Under the pieces are notes generated by a model that was not told the DNA's origin, ran no database searches, and saw nothing but the letters and a program-made list of their open reading frames with translations. A stretch of 64,000 bases of DNA. It comes from a bacterium (lineage in GTDB: Bacteria > Synergistota > GBS-1). The translations under genes were made by a program, and so were the position numbers. Below are positions 27,778-36,878 of this stretch, piece after piece (positions within the stretch are counted from its first letter, which is position 1; the number at the start of each line of letters is the position of its first letter). The DNA lies in NCBI GenBank assembly GCA_030153785.1, contig JASKLF010000001.1:216896-280895 (forward strand), read 5' to 3'.

Positions 27778-30113
27778 CTCTGAAGTTAGACAAGGTGTTG
27801 ATATTAGATGGAGCCATGGGAACAGAGCTTTATAAACGAGGCCTTCCTCCAACAGCTATTCCCGAAGAACTCAATCTGTCAAGCCCAGAAATAGTAAAGG
27901 AGGTTCACAGAGCCTATGTAGAATCAGGAGCCGATATAATAACTACCAACTCCTTTGGAGGAAACAGGATAAAGCTTCAAAGCAAAGGACTTGCACACAA
28001 GCTTTATGAAATAAACAGAAGAGCAGCCGAAATAGCAAAAGAAGCCTCTATGGGAAAAGCATTGGTCGCTGGTTCCTTAGGTCCCTTGGGAAGAATGTTA
28101 GAACCGCTTGGAGATCTATCTTTTGAAGAGGCCGTAAATATCTTTAAAGAACAGGGTATGGCCCTCGCCGATGGCGGAGTCGATTTCTTCCTCGTAGAGA
28201 CAGCCATAGATATCATGGAAGTAAAAGCTGCAATTATGGGGTTAAGGGAGCTTCCCGTTAAAAAACCTATAATATGTTCCTTAACCTTCACAGAAGGAAC
28301 CCTCACAGTAACTGGAACATCCCCTTCCGTGGGAGCAGTCAGCTTAAGCTCCTGGAAGGCTGACGGAATAGGAGCAAACTGTGGAACCAACCCCTTTATC
28401 TTCCCGGAAATAATAAAGGATATGGCAAGCTATACCGAAACCCCAATAATAGCTTATCCAAACGCAGGTCCTCCAGAAAAATGGGACGAAGTTCCACCTG
28501 AAAGGTTCTTAGAGCTTGCCGTAGAAATATACAAGGCAGGAGCCAACATAATAGGAGGTTGTTGTGGCACCACTCCCCATCATATAAGCCTCCTTTTAAA
28601 AGAGCTTAAAGGAAGGGAACCTGCCAAACGGTCGATTAAAAGGGGGATATTTTTCACAAGCAGGTCCAAGTTAATTACCTGCGACGGAAGCAAAACGATA
28701 GTTATAGGAGAAAGAATTAATCCATCGGGAAGAAAAATCCTTGCAAAAGAGTTAAAAGAAGGTAAGCTCGAAATCCTAAAAAGAGACGCTATAGAGCAAG
28801 AATTAGCTGGCGCCGACCTTATAGACTTAAATGTGGGCGTTCCCGAGGTCGATAGAAAATTCTTGATGAGAAAAGCAACCATAGAGTTGCTTAAAATTAT
28901 AAGCTCTCCCTTATCCTTCGATAGCGACGACCCAGAGGTTTTAGAGGCGGGCTTAAAAATATACCCTGGCAAGCCCCTCTTAAACTCCACAACCGCCAAA
29001 AAAGAAGCCCTGGAAAAGGTTCTACCCTTGGCCAAAAAATATGGAGCATCGGTAATAGGGCTAACCATAACGGAAAAGGGAATCCCCGAAACTGTAGAGG
29101 AAAGAATTAAGGCCGCTTACAAAATAATTGAATCGGCAGCTTCATATGGAATACCAAAGGAAGAAGTCATTATCGATCCTCTAACAATGCCAGCCGGAGC
29201 AAAAGACCCCATGATAACTATAGAGGCTATAAGAAAATTAAGCAAGGAAGGGATTAAAACCATCTTGGGAATATCCAATGTTTCCCACGGCTTGCCATCC
29301 CGAGAAATTTTAAACTCGGCATTCTTAGCGATGGCCATATCAGCAGGTCTATCGTTTGCCATAATTAATCCCCTAAAAAGGGAGCTTATGGAAACGCTTC
29401 TTGCTTCAGACCTTTTAGTGGGAAAAGACAAAAGAGGAGAAAGATTCATAAGCATAGTAGGACCTCAAAGAGAGGAAAAGGAGGTTAAAGCAGATAGCCT
29501 TTCTCTGAAGGAATTAATAATAAGAGGAGAAACGGAAAGAGCAGCAAAAGAAGCTGAAAATCTGATAAACTCTGGAGAGGAGCCTTTCTCGCTCATAGAG
29601 AGATATGTGATACCTGGACTCGAGGATGTGGGAGATAAATATGAGAGAAAGGTTTACTTTCTGCCCCAGCTTATAGCTTCGGCGGAAGCAGCAAGCTCGG
29701 TGTTTGAGGTAATAAAGAAATTTTCTCCCAAGAGCGAATCCAAAAAGGGCAAGATTATAATGGCCACCGTAGAGGGGGACCTTCATGACCTTGGAAAAAA
29801 GATAGTAGGACTCGTTCTTGAGAGCTTCGGATATCATATAATAGACCTTGGCAAAGATGTGCCGGCGGAAGAGGTCTTAAGGGTTTCTAAAGAAGTAAAA
29901 CCCGATGTCGTCGGGCTAAGCTGTCTTATGACAACAACCCTTGGTAACATGAAGAAGACCGTAAAGCTCCTTAAAGAAAGCTTACCAAAAGTAAAGGTTA
30001 TGGTTGGCGGTGCAGCTGTAAATGAAGAATTTGCCAAAGCTTGTGGAGCCGATGGATATGGCAAAGACCCATTCCAAGCAGTTGAGCTTGTTAGGAAGTG
30101 GGTCAAAAGATGA
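27774..30113 (+). CDS. metH: methionine synthase (Hcy-, pterin- and B12-binding domains; lacks activation domain)
   Basis: There is a Hcy S-methyltransferase N-terminus (ILDGAMGTELYKRG). There is also a pterin-binding domain and a B12-binding domain (GDLHDLGKKIVGLVLESFGYHIIDLG). It is 779 aa. Confidence 0.9.
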   Translation: MTLKLDKVLILDGAMGTELYKRGLPPTAIPEELNLSSPEIVKEVHRAYVESGADIITTNSFGGNRIKLQSKGLAHKLYEINRRAAEIAKEASMGKALVAGSLGPLGRMLEPLGDLSFEEAVNIFKEQGMALADGGVDFFLVETAIDIMEVKAAIMGLRELPVKKPIICSLTFTEGTLTVTGTSPSVGAVSLSSWKADGIGANCGTNPFIFPEIIKDMASYTETPIIAYPNAGPPEKWDEVPPERFLELAVEIYKAGANIIGGCCGTTPHHISLLLKELKGREPAKRSIKRGIFFTSRSKLITCDGSKTIVIGERINPSGRKILAKELKEGKLEILKRDAIEQELAGADLIDLNVGVPEVDRKFLMRKATIELLKIISSPLSFDSDDPEVLEAGLKIYPGKPLLNSTTAKKEALEKVLPLAKKYGASVIGLTITEKGIPETVEERIKAAYKIIESAASYGIPKEEVIIDPLTMPAGAKDPMITIEAIRKLSKEGIKTILGISNVSHGLPSREILNSAFLAMAISAGLSFAIINPLKRELMETLLASDLLVGKDKRGERFISIVGPQREEKEVKADSLSLKELIIRGETERAAKEAENLINSGEEPFSLIERYVIPGLEDVGDKYERKVYFLPQLIASAEAASSVFEVIKKFSPKSESKKGKIIMATVEGDLHDLGKKIVGLVLESFGYHIIDLGKDVPAEEVLRVSKEVKPDVVGLSCLMTTTLGNMKKTVKLLKESLPKVKVMVGGAAVNEEFAKACGADGYGKDPFQAVELVRKWVKR

Positions 30114-31267
30114 AAGTAGAAAGAGAGTTCACCATTTATGAAGGGACTCCCTATCATGCAGCCTTCCCCGATGTAGAGAGAGCTCCTAACGGGGATATCT
30201 TGGTGGTATTCAGATTAGGAAGCGCTCATGTATGGGGTAGAGACGGAAGGATATATCTTTCAAGAAGTAAAGACGGAGGTAATTCCTGGGAAACAAGGGA
30301 AATCATTAACTCGCCCGAAAGATTTGTTAAATATCAAGGAGAATATAGACCACTATCTGACGACAGGGATCCATCCATAAGAGCCCTTTCCAATGGAAAG
30401 ATAATTTTAAGCTGGTTCCATTGGGGAGACGGAGACAGAGACAACCCCACAAGCTCGGTCTATATATCAACAAGCGGTGACAACGGATATACCTGGGAAG
30501 AACCACAAAGGGTATTCTTCAATGCAGCTACCTCCGATAAAATCCTGGAGATGGAAGAAGGTCTTCTTTTTCTCCCCGCTTACGGAAGCTTAAAAGGAGG
30601 GTACTCCTCTGCATTTTTAATAATAAGCGAAGACTACGGAGACAGTTGGGCAGAAAGACCTATAGTCATAGTGGACGGGAATAAATATGAGATTAACTTT
30701 TATGAACCTACCATAGCCAAGGTCGATGAAAAAGAGCTAATTTCAGTTTTGCGAACCGACTTAGGACTTCTATATATCTCTCGCTCCAAAGATCAAGGAG
30801 CAACCTGGAGCGAACCGGAACCGCTTCCCCTTTACGGTCAAGCCCCATATCTCCTTATGCTAAGCAACGGTAAACTCTTGCTAAGCTTCAGAGATACGGA
30901 ACTCTATTTTAAGGAAAGATGGTTCTGGGAAAAGCTTCTTTACAACCTGGGGTTAAGGGACATAAGGCCCACATCTCCTCTTCCCAAAAGTAAAATATTG
31001 CCTGAAGCCACAGCTATCGTGGAAGCATCTCCCCCAGAATACAAATTCGAATGCGATAGAAAGAAGGTAATATATGAGCCAAAGGGGTTTATAACAGACG
31101 ATGGAGACATACTCTTTGGAGATTCAGGGTATCCATCAATGATAGAACTTGAGGAAAACAAAGTATTAACGGTTTTATACGAAGCACCCTATGGATATGG
31201 AGGAAGATATGCTCCTTGGAGCCGTATAGTAGGAGTAACGGTGAGCTTAGAGAAGGAAAAAACTTAA
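30110..31267 (+). CDS. BNR/Asp-box repeat protein (sialidase-like beta-propeller), no signal peptide
   Basis: It has four Asp-box motifs (SKDGGNSW, STSGDNGYTW, SEDYGDSW, SKDQGATW). The start ATG overlaps the metH stop (ATGA). Confidence 0.7.
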   Translation: MKVEREFTIYEGTPYHAAFPDVERAPNGDILVVFRLGSAHVWGRDGRIYLSRSKDGGNSWETREIINSPERFVKYQGEYRPLSDDRDPSIRALSNGKIILSWFHWGDGDRDNPTSSVYISTSGDNGYTWEEPQRVFFNAATSDKILEMEEGLLFLPAYGSLKGGYSSAFLIISEDYGDSWAERPIVIVDGNKYEINFYEPTIAKVDEKELISVLRTDLGLLYISRSKDQGATWSEPEPLPLYGQAPYLLMLSNGKLLLSFRDTELYFKERWFWEKLLYNLGLRDIRPTSPLPKSKILPEATAIVEASPPEYKFECDRKKVIYEPKGFITDDGDILFGDSGYPSMIELEENKVLTVLYEAPYGYGGRYAPWSRIVGVTVSLEKEKT

Positions 31268-31279
31268 GGGGGGGTATAG

Positions 31280-32146
31280 ATGTACAAAGGCGTGGTATTT
31301 GTCGGTGGTGGCAAAGGAGCCTTAAGCCTCCTTAAACAGTTCAGAAAGCTAAACTTAAACATATCCGGGATAATGGATGTTAGGCCAGACGCTCCAGCGA
31401 TACTGGAGGCAAAAAAATACGGGATATTCACAACCACAAAATTAGATGAGCTTCTATCCCGTCCGCACGATCTAATAATAGAAGTAACGGGGAAAGATGA
31501 AGTGGTGGCAGAGATTGAAAGGAAGAAGCCTCCTCATGCGAGTCTCATTAGGGCGAAGGATGCAAAATTCATATGGGATATAATAGAACGCGAGGAAAAT
31601 GAAAAAGCGCTTTTAATAGAGCAGATAAAGCTTTTAAGAGAAACCAAAGAAAACATAGAGAGGTCCTCCCCGATGGTCGTAAAGCTTTCAGAGACTTTAA
31701 CCGAGGGAACGGAGTTAGTCAAAGGCACTTCGGATTTTTTAGCAGAAAACATAGAAAGGCTCACTAACGAAGCTGAAAAACTTAACGATATAATCAAATC
31801 CATCCAGAAAATAGCGAAACAAACAAAGATGATTGGGCTTAACGCTTCAATCGAAGCAGCAAGAGCAGGCGAGCTTGGGAAAGGATTCGCAGTCGTCGCA
31901 GCTGAGGTAAGCAAACTCGCCGACCAAAGTTCGAGCTCCGCGGGAGAAATATCTGACACCTTGAGTCATTTGAAGGAAAGCATCTTATCTCTTAAAGGTC
32001 CTGTAGAAGATATAAAAGAGGCTATAGAACGCTGTAACGCGGAGGCCGAAGAACTTAAATCCACAGCCGACGTTTTAAAAGGGGCCATAGAAAAACTCCT
32101 CGATGTGGAAGAAAAGCTTTTGAGCTTGACCTCAGATAAAGCATAG
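31280..32146 (+). CDS. soluble protein with N-terminal Rossmann-like domain fused to methyl-accepting chemotaxis (MCP) signalling domain
   Basis: The N-terminus has [13 protein letters not shown]. The C-terminus has the MCP signalling signature ([34 protein letters not shown]). There is no TM segment or HAMP domain. Confidence 0.7.
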   Translation: MYKGVVFVGGGKGALSLLKQFRKLNLNISGIMDVRPDAPAILEAKKYGIFTTTKLDELLSRPHDLIIEVTGKDEVVAEIERKKPPHASLIRAKDAKFIWDIIEREENEKALLIEQIKLLRETKENIERSSPMVVKLSETLTEGTELVKGTSDFLAENIERLTNEAEKLNDIIKSIQKIAKQTKMIGLNASIEAARAGELGKGFAVVAAEVSKLADQSSSSAGEISDTLSHLKESILSLKGPVEDIKEAIERCNAEAEELKSTADVLKGAIEKLLDVEEKLLSLTSDKA

Positions 32147-32166
32147 TGTAAAATAATTTCTAAGGT

Positions 32167-32244
32167 CGGGGCGTAGCGCAGACTGGTTAGCGCGCCTGCT
32201 TCGGGAGCAGGAGGCCACCGGTTCGAGTCCGGTCGCCCCGACCA
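32167..32244 (+). tRNA. tRNA-Pro (anticodon CGG)
   Basis: The tRNA folds by hand into a cloverleaf. The acceptor stem is CGGGGCG/CGCCCCG. It has a D-arm, an anticodon stem CCTGC/GCAGG with loop TTCGGGA, a T-arm GTTCGAGTC, and an encoded CCA. Confidence 0.85.
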
Positions 32245-32251
32245 TTATTTT

Positions 32252-33007
32252 TTAATAGCAATCTACATAAATAGTGCTCCCTTGAACCGAAACCACCTGA
32301 ATGGGTAAACCCGCCACTTTCAAGCTCTTAGCCACATCGTTAACGTCGCCCGAGTACAGAAACTCTATGATTGCTTGGCCCCCACCATAAGAGGTTATCT
32401 TAACATTTCGAGCACCAGGAAAACCACGAATCTTCTCATAAATACTGTTAACGAGACCATAATCGGAAACGCCCCTTAAGATGACCCGAGCCATGCCTGA
32501 AAACTCTCCAGGATGCTGAGCCCCTATTAAAAAGGAGGCGGCCTTGGAAGCTACATCCATCAAGGCTTTGCGCTGAGCCTCCTCACCAGTATAACCAACC
32601 GCCTTAGAGGAGAATGCCTGGCTTAACAGAAAGCGTGCATCTTTAGTCCTATACGCTTGAATTGAAAGGGAGGCCGTAGCCGTGTATAAGTTAAACTCGT
32701 TTAATCGGGGTTCTTCTAAACGAGTCTTCCCTCTTACGAAGTAAGCAACATTGTAAGATCTTCCCAATCTCATTATGGCCTCAGCGTTACCCTGAAGAGC
32801 TAAAATGGCTGCACGACTTTTCTTTATCTTCTCAAGCTGATTTTGCTCAACCACCTTGTAACCTGCATTTATGAGAGACTCCATTACCTTCGCTTCAGCA
32901 AAAGGATTATCGAATATTACAACGACCCTTCCATCATTAGGAAGATAGGCAAAGGCGTATGAAAGGACTGCGAAAAGCAGAACCGCAGTCATTAAAGCTC
33001 TTTTCAT
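32252..33007 (-). CDS. secreted hypothetical protein (CsgG/LPP20-like periplasmic fold pattern)
   Basis: It has a signal peptide (MKRALMTAVLLFAVLSYAFA). The pattern VVVIFDNPF...GYKVVEQNQLEKI...AYFVRG resembles the CsgG N-domain. It is the last gene of the secreted-protein operon, and its stop lies 8 nt from tRNA-Pro. Confidence 0.5.
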   Translation of the reverse strand: MKRALMTAVLLFAVLSYAFAYLPNDGRVVVIFDNPFAEAKVMESLINAGYKVVEQNQLEKIKKSRAAILALQGNAEAIMRLGRSYNVAYFVRGKTRLEEPRLNEFNLYTATASLSIQAYRTKDARFLLSQAFSSKAVGYTGEEAQRKALMDVASKAASFLIGAQHPGEFSGMARVILRGVSDYGLVNSIYEKIRGFPGARNVKITSYGGGQAIIEFLYSGDVNDVAKSLKVAGLPIQVVSVQGSTIYVDCY

Positions 33008-34436
33008 TGCAAGGCACCTACCTCCACAAGCTTTTTCCTTATAGGCTCGTAGTTAGGGTTGATGGCTATTCCTTTCTTCCACCATTTTATCGCTTTAGCT
33101 TTGTTGCCTATCTCGTAATATACCCTCCCTAACCAGTAACAAGCTACATAGTTACCATTATAAGCATTAAAGGCAAGTTCGTAATTCTTAATAGCAAGCG
33201 AATACCTCTTTCTAGAATAGTTATAGTACCCAGCCTTGTGTAGCCTTATTAGGTTATTCTTCAAACTCTGACTTATAGGCCAAAGCTTTATCACTTCTAT
33301 AGTTGTCCCCGTGTTAAGGATAGAGCTCTCCCCAGCTGGTGGAGGTGGAGGTGGAGGCGGAGGTGGTGGAGGTGGCGATTGGGCAGCCCCGCTCTGTGAA
33401 GGTGGCGGAGAAGAAGGCTGTATATTTCCAGATGGACTGGGAGGAGCAGTAGAAATAGCTTCACCACCAGCCAATAACCTCGGTCTTATCTTTATCTTTT
33501 CTAGGGCAGATTCATCAAAGATAGGTTCAACCTTGTCTCCCCTCATAACTCCCTTTCCCTTGATTACCCTCGCTATAGAATACTGCGGATATACCTCCTC
33601 CAATTGGAGAATCGCTATGTAATATTTTTCAACTCCCAAAATCTCCCCCTTAAGCCCATAGATAGGCTCACCCTCCACATAAACCGCATAATAGCTACCA
33701 ACCGTTGCACCCGCATTTGCCTCCCCAGCATCGATGTATACCCTGTTTCCCTCATCTTTTATTACATGGTATACCATTTTGCCTCTGCGCACCCTTATAG
33801 AGGCTATCTTCTTAACAATCTTCTCTATACACTGGCGCGTCGCTGCAGCAAGTATACCTTCCTCCTCGCTCTGGCCATATAAAACTCCTCCGAAAGCTAT
33901 TCCACCAGCACTGTGGGTAGCCTTACCCGTTTCCTTAGCAACTAAAAGTATTTCTCCGGTTTCAACGCTAACCATTCTCACATCTAAAGTAACATTAGCT
34001 TCCGCCTCACCGAGAGCTATTCCACCCAATTGAGGAATGGGAAGGACCCCGCCCTTCTTCTTTAAAGTAAATTGAGTAATGCTACCTGTGATTATAGCTT
34101 CAACGCCCAAAAGTTTACCCAACTGAGCAGCCGTAGAGGCGTCAACGAGCCCCGATTGAGCTAAGTTATGCTCCCTCGCTATGGCCTCCAATCGACTCCT
34201 CTCCACTATTGAAAACATTTGCGTTTTCCATAGCTCAGTTATAAACAGTCCGTTATCGCCCTTCTAACAGCTTCAACCTGAGAGCTTTCTGGACCCGTAA
34301 CATTATTACTAAAGTCCACAACAGCCACCCTCATTCTATCGGAAGCTCCGAAGGCAGTAGACTCTGACACTACCATGGTCAAAAGAAGAAGAATCACAAA
34401 CCAAACCCTCTTCATATCTCCTCTACCCCTCCTCAC
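33004..34436 (-). pseudogene. CsgG-family (curli-type secretion channel-like) lipoprotein fused to Pro-rich linker and C-terminal TPR domain, interrupted by a frameshift
   Basis: Fragment 1 (34239..34436, 65 aa) has a signal peptide plus RVAVVDFSNNVTG...AVRRAITDCL. Fragment 2 (33004..34218, 404 aa) reads FSIVERSRLEAIAREHNLAQSGLVD...LGVEAIITGSITQF...DVRMVSVETGEILL, which is the CsgG motif series. The two fragments are in different frames, about 20 nt apart. The C-terminus has 13 consecutive Pro and TPR-like repeats. Confidence 0.55.
33338..33376. repeat. (GGN)13 triplet repeat encoding a 13-residue polyproline tract on the minus strand
   Basis: The plus strand reads ggtggaggtggaggtggaggcggaggtggtggaggtggc. 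The translation shows PPPPPPPPPPPPP. Confidence 0.8.
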
Positions 34437-34873
34437 TGAATTTCCACACTATACTCTAAAAGATCCTTCAAAGGTATCCTCAACGTTATTCTATAAAACT
34501 TACCATCAAAACTTTCTTCATCAATATAGCCTCCGCCAACTACTCCCTTTATCCGAACACTTTTATATCCCTTGGGAATGGGATAATTTAGCTGATATAG
34601 AAGAAAAAGTGCATTTCTCTGTGCCGTCAAAATAGCCGCTCTTCTGGCGAGAAGTTTAGCCTGTGCTTCAGTATCATACTTTTCCGGAATCATACCTATG
34701 CCTTTTACTACTGCAACCTTTTCCTCCCAGTCTATGCTACCCCAAGGAAAGCCCTGAAGGGCAACATTATTCTCGTTAAACTTCCTCACCAGCTCAAGAT
34801 CCACATTGTAAGGAATAGCATAGACCGGAAAGGAAAACAATAACAACACCAATAAAAGGGTTAAACCCCTCAA
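34433..34873 (-). CDS. LPP20-family (FlgP-like) secreted lipoprotein-like protein
   Basis: It has a signal peptide (MRGLTLLLVLLLFSFPVYA) and the LPP20 signature (AQAKLLARRAAILTAQRNALFLL). Its stop/start overlaps its neighbours by 4 nt. Confidence 0.6.
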   Translation of the reverse strand: MRGLTLLLVLLLFSFPVYAIPYNVDLELVRKFNENNVALQGFPWGSIDWEEKVAVVKGIGMIPEKYDTEAQAKLLARRAAILTAQRNALFLLYQLNYPIPKGYKSVRIKGVVGGGYIDEESFDGKFYRITLRIPLKDLLEYSVEIQ

Positions 34874-36021
34874 ATACCTCCTCCCCCTACTCTCGGCTTA
34901 CAAACAATTCTATTTGCAGTGAAATCCACAATATCAAGACCCAATTGCTCAAGCCTAATTGCCAAGTCCTCAGCGTTGCCTTCTATATTAACATCCATTA
35001 CCAGATTTCCGTTAGTAAAGCTCCTTTGATATACCCCTACCACCCCTTTAAATTTTTCCACTTCTTTTTTAATCCTTCGCGCTTGTGAAAAGCTCACTCC
35101 TTCCACCCTAACCTGAATCGTCCTTCCCGCAATTCCCCTACCCGTTTGACCAAGCATGGCATAGGCAACTTCGTAAACAAGCTTTCGCGCCGATTGAGAG
35201 GCTGCCTCCTTCAAGGCCTTCATCGCTGCATCATCAACGCTCAAGCCCACCTTTCTTACCGATGGAATAGCAACACCCAGAATCTTGCCCGTTTGGGTTA
35301 TTATGGCTTTAACGCTAAGCTGTGCTTGAACTCCATAAAGCCTCTGACCTGAGACAACCTGAGAAGTATAAGGAACGGCTATAGCCTTACCGGTAATAAT
35401 TACATCGGCATCGTGTCTTCTCGCAAGCTCTATTAACTTGGAGGTATCTCCTGTAATAGCGGCTTCAAGGGCTTCCCTTTTCCTATTGGCATCTATCTGA
35501 CCTGGATCAACTATATGGTACCCCGCATTCTGGAAAACGCTTAATATGGTAGATTCACTAACAGCAAGAAAGGGAGTTTTACCATCTATATCCTCGTATA
35601 TGCAAACCATTAAAACCGGATTACCCAACGTATCTATAACTACAGGTCCTAAAACATCATTTAGCTTCGTTAAGGCAACGGTTGCCTTCATTTTAATCTT
35701 TATCATTCCGTCTTCTTCCCGCTTACTCAATATCTTGTAATCCGTAATTAAGCCTTTCGATTGAGCCATAACCCTATCTCTTATAACCTGAAAATTTTCC
35801 ATCTCCGTTATGCCTTGAATCAGCACGCCTAACCCTTTCTCTATCGCATTCCTAAAGGCATCTCTTTTAGCCTCTTCAAGAGCCCTTGCCTTATCTCCCC
35901 CTATAATTGCACCATAACCTTCTACCTCAACAGTTACAGGTCCCTTACTTTGTCCCCATACAGGAGAAATGGTAACCATTAAAGTTAATGTAACTATTAG
36001 GAAAGCAAATGTTCTTCTCAT
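34870..36021 (-). CDS. secreted multi-domain protein, FlgT-like architecture (LPP20-like N-domain + CsgG/TolB-N-like middle domain + C-domain)
   Basis: Signal peptide. The N-domain reads GDKARALEEAKRDAFRNAIEKGLG. The middle domain reads ADVIITGKAIAVPY...VQAQLSVKAIITQTGKILG. It is 383 aa. Confidence 0.5.
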   Translation of the reverse strand: MRRTFAFLIVTLTLMVTISPVWGQSKGPVTVEVEGYGAIIGGDKARALEEAKRDAFRNAIEKGLGVLIQGITEMENFQVIRDRVMAQSKGLITDYKILSKREEDGMIKIKMKATVALTKLNDVLGPVVIDTLGNPVLMVCIYEDIDGKTPFLAVSESTILSVFQNAGYHIVDPGQIDANRKREALEAAITGDTSKLIELARRHDADVIITGKAIAVPYTSQVVSGQRLYGVQAQLSVKAIITQTGKILGVAIPSVRKVGLSVDDAAMKALKEAASQSARKLVYEVAYAMLGQTGRGIAGRTIQVRVEGVSFSQARRIKKEVEKFKGVVGVYQRSFTNGNLVMDVNIEGNAEDLAIRLEQLGLDIVDFTANRIVCKPRVGGGGI

Positions 36022-36026
36022 TTACC

Positions 36027-36869
36027 TCACCTTTTAACCACTATAACCCTACATGCAGATCTAAAATCGTAATTATTATTCCTTATAGCATCAGCATCTC
36101 TTTTAGATATAACTACGTCAACATTATTTGGAGAAACCGTCTTTACCGCCTTAGCCACAAGAGGTTTAGGACCTACCCTTGGATCGCCCTTTGCCCATTC
36201 TATGTTTGTCTGATACGCAGCCATACCGCTTGACATAAATCTCTCCCTGTCCACATGTTTGATGGAGTAAACTTCCCTTCCGTTAGGATCTAAAATTCTG
36301 AATGTAGTTGCAGGAATTAAAGGAACGTTTCTCGCATCAAGAATAAGGCCTGTGTAATTCGCCTTCGGTGGGGGTGGAGAAACCTTCTTGGGCTTAATTC
36401 CCATAGTGTCAGCCACAAGCTTTCTCACCTTCTTAAGGTATATTCTTCCCCAAACGGTGTAAATTTCTCCATCCCACTTTTCTCTGACAATTTCGACGCC
36501 CTTAACCCAACCTTCTACCTCACTCCTCACCACATCGCTTTGGACCATAAAGTTCTCCATCAACGTTTGGCTATCTATTCTCACTCCCTTTATAGTTTCA
36601 AGCAAGTTTCTTTGAAGGTCTAAAATAGCGCCTCTTCTAGCGAGAAGCTTTCCCTGAGCCTTGTTAACTGCCGTAGTAGGAGGAACAGCAGAACCTGAAG
36701 CCTCAACGTAATCTTCAGTCCAATTTATCGTTCCATGGGCAGTTTCTTCCACAACAGCCCCAATCTGAGCTCCTACCTGAACCTGCGTTCCAGAAGATTG
36801 AGCAAAAACCCCAAAGGCAATAAGCCCAATACTTAAGACAACCAATAACCACCCCACGAAACCCCTCAT
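36027..36869 (-). CDS. LPP20/FlgP-like secreted protein with Pro-rich linker and C-terminal domain
   Basis: It has a signal peptide (…GVFAQSSG) and the LPP20 signature (AVNKAQGKLLARRGAILDLQRNLLETIKG). It also has a PPPP linker and GLILDARNVPLIP. It is the first gene of the operon. Confidence 0.55.
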   Translation of the reverse strand: MRGFVGWLLVVLSIGLIAFGVFAQSSGTQVQVGAQIGAVVEETAHGTINWTEDYVEASGSAVPPTTAVNKAQGKLLARRGAILDLQRNLLETIKGVRIDSQTLMENFMVQSDVVRSEVEGWVKGVEIVREKWDGEIYTVWGRIYLKKVRKLVADTMGIKPKKVSPPPPKANYTGLILDARNVPLIPATTFRILDPNGREVYSIKHVDRERFMSSGMAAYQTNIEWAKGDPRVGPKPLVAKAVKTVSPNNVDVVISKRDADAIRNNNYDFRSACRVIVVKR

Positions 36870-36878
36870 CTGGATCTC

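Noticed and set aside
33338-33376. GGN repeat as a non-coding microsatellite or CRISPR-like array
   Set aside because: It is a single 39-nt tract inside a continuous ORF (polyproline). There are no spacers and no repeat-spacer periodicity. No CRISPR arrays were seen anywhere in the window.
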